A stretch of 64,000 nucleotides of DNA, from assembly GCF_009914755.1 (NCBI RefSeq), contig NC_060941.1. One strand, 5' to 3'. This document shows positions 18,380 to 33,409 of this stretch, piece by piece (positions within the stretch are counted from its first letter, which is position 1; each line of letters begins with the position of its first letter). Source of the stretch: the human T2T-CHM13v2.0 reference genome, Homo sapiens. The position numbers and the translations under genes were made by a program. Under the pieces are notes generated by a model that saw only the letters and a program-made list of their open reading frames with translations, searched no databases and was not told the DNA's origin.

Positions 18380-19429
18380 GCAAAGAGATAAAAGCAAAGG
18401 CAGCTTTGTCACAGTGAGCTACTTCTCACAGGAGTCAGGATCCACATCTGCACACTATACAAAGACAAACAACATGGATTAAAAGCACAATCATCATTGA
18501 AATACAGAGCTTCCAAGTGTTTTTATCCATTCTAATGGGTTACTAGCTGCTAATTTGTCTGCAGCTCCTTTAAGGACTCCAGTTCCTGGCATTAAGGTCA
18601 GGTGTGCCTGGGATGCTTTAAATATTTGTTCTTTTAATTTTGCCATATCCAAAAACAAGTTTGTAGAGTGTCCTTCTAGATGCCTTTTTATTCTTTCCCA
18701 AATTTTGATCTTATTAAGAACATCTAATAGTTTCCACAAATCCTTATGTTAAGCTTCTAGAGCAGGCCATATCATTTGAGGTTGAGGTGCCACTATACCG
18801 CCACGGTTCCAGATAATAGGAACTTTTGCCATACTTCTTATCATTTCTACCATCTGACCGTTTTGTTCAGATCATCTGAACATAGTGTGGCCATGGCACG
18901 CAGACTGAGAGGTGCAATTCAAGCTAAACATCCCCTTAGGGTACCAATTAATAATGATTCCATAGGAATCATTGTGCAGCACCTCTGTCTGTTCTGCAAA
19001 GCAATCTTCCTAAACAAGTACGTTCATCTTTTTCTAACTGGGTCCAATCCTGTTTACAAAAAGGTTTTTGAGGATGGTATGCCTCAATTATATGAGCAGA
19101 TTTATTATGGTAAATACTGAGATCAGAAAGCATGTGTAACTGTGTCAGAGTGATTGCATCCAGGCATTATTGCCGGCCAAGATTGATAAATATGCCCAAT
19201 AAGTATAACTGTTCTCTGTGTCAGCCCCTGTTGAAGGAATACTCATGGCAGTGGTGATAACCGCTATCATAGCTACCATTAAATTATTCATTGTGACTGG
19301 TTGTCCCGCTTTCCTCAGGTTTTCTTCCGCCATCTGTGACAGCTTCTTGATCTGTCCCCAGGTGGGTGGCTGTGTTTGACGGGTGTTGCTCGTGACAATT
19401 GGGGTCCTCCTCAGCATCAGTCTTGACAT
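18380..19429 (-). pseudogene. env: HML-3 env remnant (signal peptide, partial SU, C-terminal TM)
   Basis: TQPPTWGQIKKLSQMAEENL...YTYWAY; WERIKRHLEGHSTNLFLDMAKLKEQIFKASQAHL; stops and a central deletion. Confidence 0.9.
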
Positions 19430-19479
19430 GGCTGCAACTGGGGGGTCCTCGGGATCCTCCTGTAATCTGGCTTATGCTA

Positions 19480-21377
19480 AGGTTTCAGGTGTATTGATGG
19501 TATCCAGATCAGCTGTTGATTTTGGCCTGGAGAAACACAAGCATAACCTCTACCCCAGGTTATCTTCTTTTCAGGTAATGCTGTATCTGCGTTTGAGACC
19601 AGAGGCATTAACATGGGTTAAATTGTGAGTGTCTAGCATTAGATATTGCATTAGCAACTAGGCGATCAGCCATTTGATTCCCTTCAGTCAAAGATCCTGG
19701 AAGAGGTATATGAGCCCTAATGTGAGTGATGTAAAAAGGGTGCATTCTACGTCTAACTGCTGTTTGCAATTGGGTAAATAAAGTCATCAGTTGTGTATCT
19801 GTATGAAATCATAACTGAGCATTTTTAATTAACTCTGTTGGAATGAACCACATATGAAGAATCAGAAATCACATTAATAGGCACATCAAAAGCAGTCAAT
19901 ACCTCAATTACCACTACAAGCTCTGCTTTTTGAGCTGAAGTATAGGACGTCTGGAAAACTTTACTTTTTGAGCCAAAATAAGAAGCTTTACCATTACTAG
20001 ACCCATCTGTAAAAACATTCTCAGCCCCTTCAATTGATTTAAACTTAGTTATTTTGGGGAGAATCCAATTAGTTAATTTCAAAAACTGAAACAGCTTCAT
20101 TTTAGGAAAATGATTATTGAGAATACCCACAAAGTCAGCTAAATGGGTTTGCCAAGTAAGACTTTTTATAAAAGCTTGCTGTATTTGTGCCTTCGTGAGA
20201 GGGACAATAATTTTTCTAGGATCATATCCATGTAATTTAACAATCTGAGTTCTCCTACTCCCTATAGTAGTGATTTGATCTAAATAAGGAGTTAGAGTCC
20301 ATGAATTAGTATGTGGAAGAAAAAGCCATTTTACTAAGTCCTGTTCTTGGACAATAACACCAGTGGGTGAATGCTGAGTTGAAAAAATTAGCAAATCTAG
20401 AGTCTTCTCTGGATCTATTCTATTTATTTGAGCTTTATGGACTTGCTTCTCAATCAGTTGTAACTCTGCCTCTGCCTCGTTTGTTAATTGCCAAGGGCTA
20501 GTGAGACTAGGATTTCCTCTAAGGATAGAAAACAGATTACTCATGGCATAGGTAGGAATGCCTAGAGCAGGTCGTATCCAATTAATATCCCCTGGTAATT
20601 TTTGAAAATCATTTAATGTTTTTAATTTATCCCTAAGTATGGTTACTTTCTGTGGCACAATGGTAGTGTCATTTACTAAGGTCCCCAAGTAAGAATAAGG
20701 AGTAGTAGTCTGAATTTTGTCAGGAGCTATAATTAAACTAACGCAAGAAATCGAATTTTGCAAGTGATCATAACATTGGAGTAATATTTCTCGAGTGGGG
20801 CAGCACAAAGTATATCATCCATATAGTGAATAATGTAACACTGTAAAAACTTTTTACGAGTAGGTTCAATTGCTTGCCCCACATATGTCAGGCAAATTGT
20901 GGGGCTATTTAACATGCCCCTTTCCAATGAATACGCTTTCCAATGAATACGCTTAGCAGGCTGCAGGTTGTTTACTGCAGGAATTGTAAATGCAAACTGT
21001 TCACAGTCTTGCTCAGCTAAAGGGATAGTAAAGAAACAGTCTTTTAAATCTTTGACTATCAAAGGCCAATTTTTTGGAATTATAGCAGGAGAAGGCAATC
21101 CTGGCTGTAATGCTCTCATAAGTTGTGTAACTGAATTGATGTCTCTTAAGTCAGTTAACATTCTGCATTTACCTGATTTTTTCTTAATTACGAAAACTGG
21201 AGAATTCCAAGGGGAAAATGTTGGAGCTATGTGCCCATTTTCTAATTGTTCAGTAACTAATTTATCTAAAGCCTCCAGTTTCTCTTTACTTAGCGTCCAT
21301 TGTTCTATCCAAATTGGCTTATCTGTTAACCATTTTAAAGGTATAGGTTCTGGAGGCTTAACAATGGCCGCCATCAA
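19480..21377 (-). pseudogene. pol: HML-3 pol remnant (RT, RNase H, truncated IN)
   Basis: [50 protein letters not shown]; frameshift near 20780. Confidence 0.93.
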
Positions 21378-21399
21378 ACATTATTTCCTAATTTTTGGC

Positions 21400-22200
21400 G
21401 AGAACTTTGTTTTTCCACTTGAAGCAGTTCTTTCAAACCTTGCAAATTTTTTTCTAGTCCCATACCAGGGACATACCCCATTTCATGCATTGTATGTTGA
21501 CTTTGAGGGCTATATAATTGTTCTGGAATTAGAACTTGTGCTCCCCATTGTTGTAATAAATCTCTTCCCTATAAATTTACAGGTACAGAAGTTATAATTG
21601 GTTGAATAGTCCCAGGTTGTCCATCAGGCCCTTCACAGTGCAAAATATAACTACTTTGATATACTTCAGGGGCTTTACCAACTCCAGCTATGTTAAATTG
21701 AGCAGGTTGAATTGGCCATGCAGATGGCCAGCGCTGTAGAGAAATGATTGAAATGTCTGCTCCTGTATCTACCAAACCTTTAAATTTCTTTCCCTGAATA
21801 GTTATTTCACAGGTAGGACGTTTATCAGTAATTTGATTTACCCAATAAGCTGCTTTGCCTTGTTTATTTGTGCTTCCAAATCCTCCTATTCGTTTAATTT
21901 CACTTTTTCCCATTCCCACATACGGCAAAATCAGGAGCTGTGCTATGCGCTCTCCTGGCTCTGCTCTCCAAGGAACAGAAGTAGATGTAACAATTTGAAT
22001 TTCCCCATTATAATCTGAATCAATGACTCCTGTATGTATTTGTATGCCTTTTAAACTTACACTAGACCTTCCTAAAAGTAATCCTATCGTCCCTGCTGGC
22101 AAGAGTCCACAGACTCCTGCTGGGACCTTTTGCGGGGGTTCCCCAGGCAGAAAGCTCACAGCTTTTGTGCAGCATAAATCTACTGTGGCACTACCAGCTG
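21400..22200 (-). pseudogene. pro: HML-3 pro remnant (dUTPase-protease)
   Basis: dUTPase motifs GRSS, GVIDSDYNGEI, RIAQL, GGFGST; protease active site LVDTGADIS. Confidence 0.93.
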
Positions 22201-22259
22201 TGGCGGGGGACAGACATTGTACAGCAGTGAGGGAAAGGCCTGAGCTGGAAATGCCCCGG

Positions 22260-23576
22260 TTTAGAATGGGGCCCGGGATGGGCCCCTCATGGCATTTCCC
22301 GAAATTGGGTTCCCTTCTTTATCAAACTTAGAGTGACACTGATTAGCCCAATGTTTTCCTTTTTTACATTTTGGACATATTTCAGGATCAGCAGTTTTCT
22401 TTTTTCCCCTAACTGACGGCCTGACTCACTGATTTTTTCTACATTCTATTTAGTATGACCATGCTTCCCACAGTTAAAACAAGTTCCAGGAAACAGAGTA
22501 TTTCCTTTATCCACTCTCAGTCCTGCTATTGCCTGTGCTAGCAGAGTAGCTTTATGCAGATTACCTCCAATACCATCACAGGCCTTGATATAATCAACTA
22601 AATGTGCTTTCCCTCTGATAGGTCGCAGAGCAGCCTGGCAATTGGGATTAGCATTGTCAAAAGCTAATAACTGCAACACTATGTCCTGAGCAGCCGAATC
22701 TGCAATCATCTTTTTAAGAGACTTCTGTAACCGAGCTATAAAATCAATGTATGGTTCTCTTGGTCCCTGTTTTATAGCACTAAAGGAAGGGTATTGTTCC
22801 CCACCTGAAGTGATTTTTTCCCAAGCTCTAATGCACACTCCTCTAAGCTGTTCTAAGGCATCATCCTGCATGACCAGTTGTGCATCAAAACCAGCCCAAC
22901 CACCAACCCCCAAAAGTTGGTGTGCAGTTATATTAATTTGAGGTTGGGCCTGGGCATTGTGAGAAGCCGAATGGAAGCTTCGTCTGCCCACCAAGTTTTA
23001 AATTGTAAGAACTGAGCAGGGGTTAGACAAGCTCGAGTAAGAGCATCCCAGTCAGTAGGAATCATCTGACTGGAAACAGCAACATTCTTTAACAGTCCCA
23101 TTACAAAAGGAGAACCTGGTCCATACTGATTTATAGCTTGTTTAAATTATTTGAGTAATTTAAAAGGAAAAGGCTCAAATGTGGCTATAATATTTCCCTT
23201 TTGATTGGGGGTGGGAGGGGTGTATTCTAACAGGGAACTGCCAAGCCTCTAAATCACCCTCTCATCTAGCTTGCTGAATTCCTACCTGAATAGAACTAAA
23301 AGCAGTCGCTTGAGGCGCTGCTCAAATAGTCACAGGGGCAACTACTTTTCGCCCCATGTCCTCCGGAAAAGAAAGATCTGGAGGGTCTTTTTCTTCAAAA
23401 TAATAATGAGGGGGTGCAGAAGGGTAGGGATGAACCTCTCCTTCCTTTGCTGCTTTAGCTGGTAAATGAACATGCTCTGTAACCTCTTCTGTTACTTCAC
23501 TATACTCTCCTTCCTCCTCATGATCAGTGTGAAAAAGTTCCAAGATGGAATGAACCAGACCCCACACTTGTCCCAT
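22260..23576 (-). pseudogene. gag: HML-3 gag remnant
   Basis: MGQ start; MHR IKQGPREPYIDFIARL; zinc knuckles CFNCGKHGH and CPKCKKGKHWANQC; disrupted by stops and frameshifts. Confidence 0.93.
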
Positions 23577-23719
23577 TGTTACCCTTCCAAGCTCCCCTTC
23601 TTACTCACCACGGGGATTGCTTTAAGAGTACTCCTGTGTCCTCCAGCTGGTTTTCCATTCCAACTGTTGCTCTGGCGACCCTTCGACCTGGATTTGAGCC
23701 CCCACGAATGGACACCACT

Positions 23720-24229
23720 TGCCGAGACCAGCTCAGTCGGGGAGACCCTAACCCAGCAGCGCTAGAGGAATTAAAGACACACACACAGAACTACAGAGGT
23801 GTGAAGTAGGAAATCAGGGGTCTCACAGCCTTCAGAGCTGAGAACCCCGAACAGAGATTTACCCACGTATTTATTAATGGCAAACCAGTCATTAGCATTG
23901 TCTCTATAGATATTAAATTAACTAAAAGTATCCCTTATGGGAAAAGGGATGGGCTGAATTAAAGGAATAGGTTGGACTAGTTAACTGCAGCAGGAGCATG
24001 TCCTTAAGGCACAGATCACTCATGCTATTGTTTGTGGCTTAAGAACGCCTTTAAGCAGTTTTCCGTCCTGGGCGGGCCAGGTGTTCCTTGCCCTCATTCC
24101 CATAAACCCACAACCTTCCAGCTTGGGCGTTAGGGCCATTATGAACATGTTACAGTGCTGCAGAGATTTTGTTTATGGTCAATTTTAGGGACAGTTTATG
24201 GCCAGATTTTGGGGGGCCTGCTCCCAACA
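23720..24229 (-). repeat. HML-3 5' LTR (MER9)
   Basis: TG...CA termini on minus, followed by TGG-initiated PBS. Confidence 0.95.
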
Positions 24230-25639
24230 CTTTCTAATTTTTTTGTACCCATTGACCATCTCCATTCCCCACGCCCTACCCACTCCCCCCACCACATTAT
24301 GCTTCCCAGCCTCTGGTAAGCATCCTTCTACTCTCTACGTCTATGAGTTCAATTGTTTTAATTGTTGGCTCCCACAAATAAGTGAGAGCATTTAGTCTGT
24401 CTTTCTGTGCCTGACTGATTTCACTTAACATAATGACCTCCAGTTCCATCCATGTTGTTGCAAATGACGGAATCTTATTTTTTTATGGCTGAATAGCACT
24501 CCATTATGTAATTGTACTATATTTTCTTTATTGATTCAGCTGTTGATGAACATTTAGTTTGCTTCCAAATCTTGGCTATTGTGAATAGTGCTGCAAGAAA
24601 CATGAGAGTACAGATACATCTTCGATATTCTGATTTCCTTTCTTTCGAGTATATACCTAGCAATGGGATTGCTCAATCATATGGTAGCTCTACTTTTAGT
24701 GTTTTGATGAACCTCCATAGTGGTTGTATTAATTTACAATCCCACCAACAGTGTACAAGGGTTCCCTTTTCTCCACATCCTCACCAGCATTTGTTATTGC
24801 CTGTCTTTTGGATATAAGCCATTTTTAACCTGTGGTAAGATGATTTCTCATTGTAGTTTTGATTTGCATTTCTCTGATCAGTGATGTTGAGCACCTTTTC
24901 ATTTACCTATTTGACATTTGGATATCTTCTTTTGAGAAATGTCTATTCAGATATTTTGTCTGTTTTAATCAGATTATTAGGTTATTTTCCTATAGAGTTG
25001 TCTGAGCTCCTTATGTATTCTTGTTATTAATCCCTTGTCAAATGGGTAGTTTGCAAATATTTTCACCCATTATGTGGGTTGTCTCTTCACTTTGTTGATT
25101 GCATCCTTTGCTATACAGAAGTTTGTTTTTTTTTTTAACTTGATGTGATCTCTTTTGTTGATTTTTGCTTCAATTGCCTGTGCTTGTGGGGTATTACTCA
25201 AGAAATTTTTGCCCAGACCAATATCCTGGAGATTTCCCCCTATGTTTTCTTGTAGTAGTTTCATAGTTTGAGAACATAGATTTAAATCTTTAGACTTAAG
25301 TCTTTAATGCATTTGATTTGATTTTTGTATGTGGCAAGAGATAGGAGTGTAGTTTCATTCTTCTGCATATGGATATCCAGTTTTCCCAGCACCATTTATT
25401 GAAGAGACTGTCCTTTCCCTGATGTATGTTCTTAACATCTTTGTCAAAAATGAGTTCACTGTAGATGTGTGGATTTATTTCTGGGTTCTCTATTCTGTTC
25501 CACTTGTCTATGTGTCTGTTTTTGTAACTCTACCATGCTGTTTTGGCTACTATAGCTCTGTAGTATAATTTGAAGTAAGGCAATGTGATTCCTCCAGTTT
25601 TGTTCTTTTTGCTCAGGATAGCTTTGGCTATTCTGGGCT

Positions 25640-25644
25640 TGTGT

Positions 25645-25691
<47 letters not shown>
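25640..25691. repeat. (TG)n microsatellite within old L1 ORF2
   Basis: Direct reading. Confidence 0.95.
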
Positions 25692-25693
<2 letters not shown>

Positions 25694-26077
25694 CCCATAT
25701 AAACTTTAGGATTGTTTTTTCTATTTCTGTGAAAAATGTCATTGATATTTTGATAGGGATTGCATTGCATCTGTAGATTGCTTTGGGTAGTATGGACATT
25801 TAACAATATTGATTCGTCTAATCCATAAACATGGAATATCTTTCCATTTTTTTGTATCCTTTAAAATTTTTTTTTAGGGCCCCATAACTTTGAGTATAGT
25901 TTTATTCTGAATAAAGTGAATATATTCTTTTCGTGTGTTTATATGTTTATACAAAAGTAGATGAACAGATGTAGGCACAATTGAAATAAAAGGAAATTCT
26001 TTAAAATATTAATATTGTATTATTAATTGATGAGATTATAGGTTATTTGAAACGTCTTTTTTATAGTTTTTGTTATC

Positions 26078-29207
<3,130 letters not shown>

Positions 29208-31918
29208 TTACGTATTATATTTTATTTTTAACTATTGTAAATAGGATTACTTTCTTAATTTCTTTTTCAGATTGTTCGCTGTTGGCATATAGAAATCCTA
29301 CTGATTTTTGTATGTTGCTTCTGTATCCTCCAATTTTAATAAATTTATCAGTTTTAATTTGGTGGAGTCTAGGTTTTTCCAAATATAAGATCATATCATC
29401 TGCAAATAAAGATAATTTGACTTCTTCCTTTCCAATTTGGATGCCCTTCATTTCTTTCTCTTATCTGATTGCTCTAGCTAGGACTTCCAGTACTATGTTG
29501 AATAACAGTGATGAAAGTGGGCATATTTGATCCTTGAGCAGTCTTATTGAAAAAGAAAGAAAAAATAAAAAAAGAAAGTGGACTTCGTTGTCTTGTTCCA
29601 TATTTTAGAGGAAAGGCTTTCAGTTTTCCCCATTCAGTGTGATACTAGCCATAAGTCTGTTGTATATGGCTTTTATTATATTGAGGTATGTTCCTTCTAT
29701 ATCTTGTTTATTGAGGGTTTTTATCATGAAGAGGTGTTAAATTTTATCAAGTGCTTTTTAATCATCAATTGAAATAATCATATGTCTTCTGTCCTTCATT
29801 CTGTTGAGATGATATATCACATTGATTGATTTGCATATGTTAAACCATCCTTGCATCCAGGGATAAATCTCACTTGGTCATGATGAATGATCTTTTTAAT
29901 GTATTGTTGAATTTGGTCTGCTAGTATTTGTTGAGAATTTTTGCATCAATATTCATCAGTGAAATATTGGCCTGTAGTTTTATTTTTTGGTGCGTCTTTG
30001 TCTGCTTTTGGTATCAGGATAGATCTAGCCTCATAGAATGAGTTTGCAAGTATTCCCCCCTCCTATACTTTTTGTAATAGTTTGAGTAGGATTGGTATTA
30101 ATTCTTCTCCAAATGTTTGGTACAATTCAGCAGTGAAGCCATTGGGTCCTGGCTTTTTCTTTGCTGGGAAAATTTTTATTTTTTTATTAACAGTTTCTAT
30201 CTCATACCTTGTTATTAGTCTGTTCAGGTTTTGGATTTCTTCCTGGTTCAATCTGGGTAGGTTGTACATATGTAGGAATTTATCAATTTCTTCTAGATTT
30301 TCCAATTTATTGGCATATAGTTGCTCATAATAGCCACTAATGAGCCTTTGAATTTCTGTGGCATTTGTTCTAATGTCTCATTTTTCATTTCTAATCTTAT
30401 TTGGCTCCTCTCTCTTTTTTTTCTTATTCTGTCTAAAGATTTGTCAATTTTGTTTATCTTTTCAAAGACCAACTTTTTGTTTCATTGATCTTTTGTGCTA
30501 CTTTATTTCAAAATCTTTAATTCTGCTCTGATTTTTATTATCTTTTCTTCTACTAATTCTGGGTTTGGTTTGCTCTTGCTTTTCTAGTTCTTTAAGATGC
30601 ATTGTTAGGTAATTTGTTTGAAGTTTTTTTTTCTTTTTCGATGTAGATGCTTTTAGTTATAAACTTCCCTCTTAGTACTTCTTTTGTTGTATCCCATAGG
30701 TTTTGGCATGTTGTGTTTCCATTAACATTTGTTTCAGAAAACTTTTCAATTTCCCCCTTAACCTCTTCATTGACCCACTGGTCATTCAGGAGCATATTAA
30801 TTTCCATGTATTTGTATAGTTTCTAAAATTTCTCCTTTTATTGATTTCTACTTTTATTTCATTGTAGTCAGAGAAGATGCTTGATATTATTTCAATTTTT
30901 TGAATGTTTTAACACTTGCTTTGTGACCTAACATATGATCTATCCTTGAGAATAATTCATGTGCTGAGGAAAAGAATGTGTATTCTGCAGCTGTTGGATG
31001 AAATGTTCTGTAAATATTTATGAGGTCCATTTGGTCTATAGTGCACATTAGGTGTGATATTTCTTTATTGATTCTCTGTCTGGAAGATCTCTCCAGTGCC
31101 AAAAGTGGGGTGTTGGCGTCTCCAGCTATTATTGGTCTGTCTCTTTAGCTCTGGTAATCTTTCCTTTATATATCTGCGTGTTCCAGTGTTGGATGCATAT
31201 ACATTTGTAATTGTTATCCTCTTGCTGAGTCGATCCCCTTATCATTATATAATGACCTTCTTTGTCTCTTCTTATAGTTTTTGTCTTGAAATCTATTTTG
31301 TCTGATGTAAGTGTAGCTACTTCTGCTCCTTTTTAGTTTCCATTGGTATGGAATATCTTTTTACATCATTTTTAGTCTGTATGTGTCTTCCATAAATGAA
31401 GTGTGTTTCTTCTAAGCGACAGATCACTGAATCTTCATTTTATGTCTTTTGATTGGAGAGTTTAGTACATTTACATCCAATGTTATTACTGATAAGTAAT
31501 ATTCATGCCATTTTATTATTTGTTTTCTGATTGTTTTGTGGTCTTCTCTTCGTCCTTTCTTCTTGTCTTCCTTTTAGTAAAGGTGATTTTCTCTGGTGGT
31601 ATGATTTAATTTCTTGCTTTTTACTTTTGTGTCTATTTGTTGTATGTTTGTGATTTGAGTTACCATGAGATTTTCCAGCACTATTTTATAAGCCATTATT
31701 TTAAGCTTATCACTGTTATCACAACCTAATAGTGCTTGCATAAACAAGCAAAAAGAAAACTAATAATAACTCTATGCCTTAACTTCATCCCCCACATTTT
31801 AACTTTTTGTTGTTTCTATTTATATCTTAATGTACTATGCATCCCTTGAAAATTTCTTTTAGTTATTATTTTCAATTGGTTGATCTTTTGGTCTATTTAG
31901 TATAAGACTAGTTTACAA

Positions 31919-32163
31919 GGCTGGGCGCGGTGGCTCACGCCTGTAATCCCAGCACTTTGGGAAGCCGAGGTGGGTGGATCACGAGGTCAAGAGATCAAGA
32001 CCATCCTGCCAAGAGATCAAGACCATCCTGGCCAACATGGTGAAACCCCGTCTCTACTAAAAATACAAAAATTAGCTGGGCGTGGTGGCGCATGCCTGTA
32101 GTCCCAGCTACTTGGGAGGCTGAGGCAGGAGAATCACTTGAACCTGGAAAAAAAAAAAAAAAA
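31919..32163 (+). mobile_element. AluS with a 22-nt internal tandem duplication and a truncated right arm
   Basis: caagagatcaagaccatcctg repeated; poly(A) follows gaacctgg directly; TSD ga.tagtttacaa. Confidence 0.9.
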
Positions 32164-33189
32164 GAGTAGTTTACAAATCACAGTTACAGTGTTTTCATAT
32201 TCTGTGTTTTTCTGTGTACTTACTATTACCAATGAGTTTTGGACCTTCAGATGATTTCTTATTGCTCATTAATGTCCTTTTCTTTCAAATTGAAGAACTC
32301 GTTAGCATTTCTTGTAGATCAGGTCTTGTGTTGATGAAATCATTCAGCTTTTGTCTGTCTGGGGAAGTCTTTATTTCTTCTTCACATTTGAAGGATATTT
32401 TCACGATATGTATTATTCTAGAGTAAATGTTTTCTTTTCCTTCAGCACTTTACATATGTCATGCCGCTCTCTCCTGGCCTGTAAGGTTTCCATTGAAAAG
32501 TCTGCTGTGAGACCTATTGGAGCTCCATTTTATGTTATTTGCTTCTTTTCTCTTGCTGCTGTTGGAATCTTTCCTTTATGCTTGACCCTTGGTAGTTTGA
32601 TTATTAAAAGCCTTGAGGTAGTTTTCTTTGGGTTAAATCTGCTTGGTGTTCTATAACCTTCTTGTATTAGGATTTTGATATCTTTCTCTAGGTTTGGGAA
32701 GTTTACTGTTATTATCCCTTTAAACTTTTTACTCCTATCTCTTTCTCTACCTCCTCTTTAAGGCCAATAACTCTTAGATTTGCCCCTTTGGGGCTGTTTT
32801 CTAGATCTCATAGATGTGCTTCATTCTTTTTTATTATTTTTTCTTTTGTCCCTTCTGATTGTGTATTTTCATTTTTTATTTCTTTATTTTTTTATTTGAC
32901 TATTTTCAAATAGCCTGTCTTCAAGCTAATTCTTTCTTCTGCTTAGTCTATTCTTCCGTTAAGAGACTCTGATGCACTCTTCAGTATATCAATTACATTT
33001 TTCACCCTGAGAATTTCTTGATTCTTTTAAATTATTTCAATCCCTTTGTTAAATGTATCTGATAGGATTCTGAATTCCTTCTCTGTGTTATCTTGAATTT
33101 GAGTTTCCTCAACACAGCTACTTGGTCTCTTTAAATCTATTTTCTATCTTTATGCTTTCTTCTTTCTTCCCTGGAAGGATACTATTATG

Positions 33190-33409
33190 AGCTTTCATAC
33201 CCTTCGGCTAGTTACTTCTCTCTTTCCTCTTTCCTTTGGGCCCAGGGATGGTGCCAGCTACACTGCTGCCAGCCTCAGGCTCCTGCACTATCCCTTTTTG
33301 GTTCCATCACACCCTATCCACCATAAGTTGTTCCTTTGTAAATAAACCCTCCTCTAATTATTCTAATTTAAGTGTTCCAACTGTTTTATATTGAGTCCTT
33401 GACTGATAT
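33190..33409 (+). mobile_element. Old ERVL LTR 3' fragment (LTR33-like)
   Basis: cctttgtaaataaaccctcctctaattattctaatttaagtg...ccttgactgata. Confidence 0.5.

Larger units (their letters stand above)
17845..24229 (-). mobile_element. HERV-K(HML-3) provirus (MER9 LTRs), 6385 bp, internally deleted, defective
   Basis: Two LTRs beginning TGTTGGGAGCAGGCCCCCC on minus; 6-bp TSD CTTTCT at 17839-17844 and 24230-24235; PBS after the 5' LTR; PPT AAGAAGGGAGA before the 3' LTR; gag-pro-pol-env order. Confidence 0.96.

Noticed and set aside
19825-20808. 327-aa ORF as a functional gene
   Set aside because: Frameshifted internal piece of HML-3 pol lacking the RT catalytic motif.
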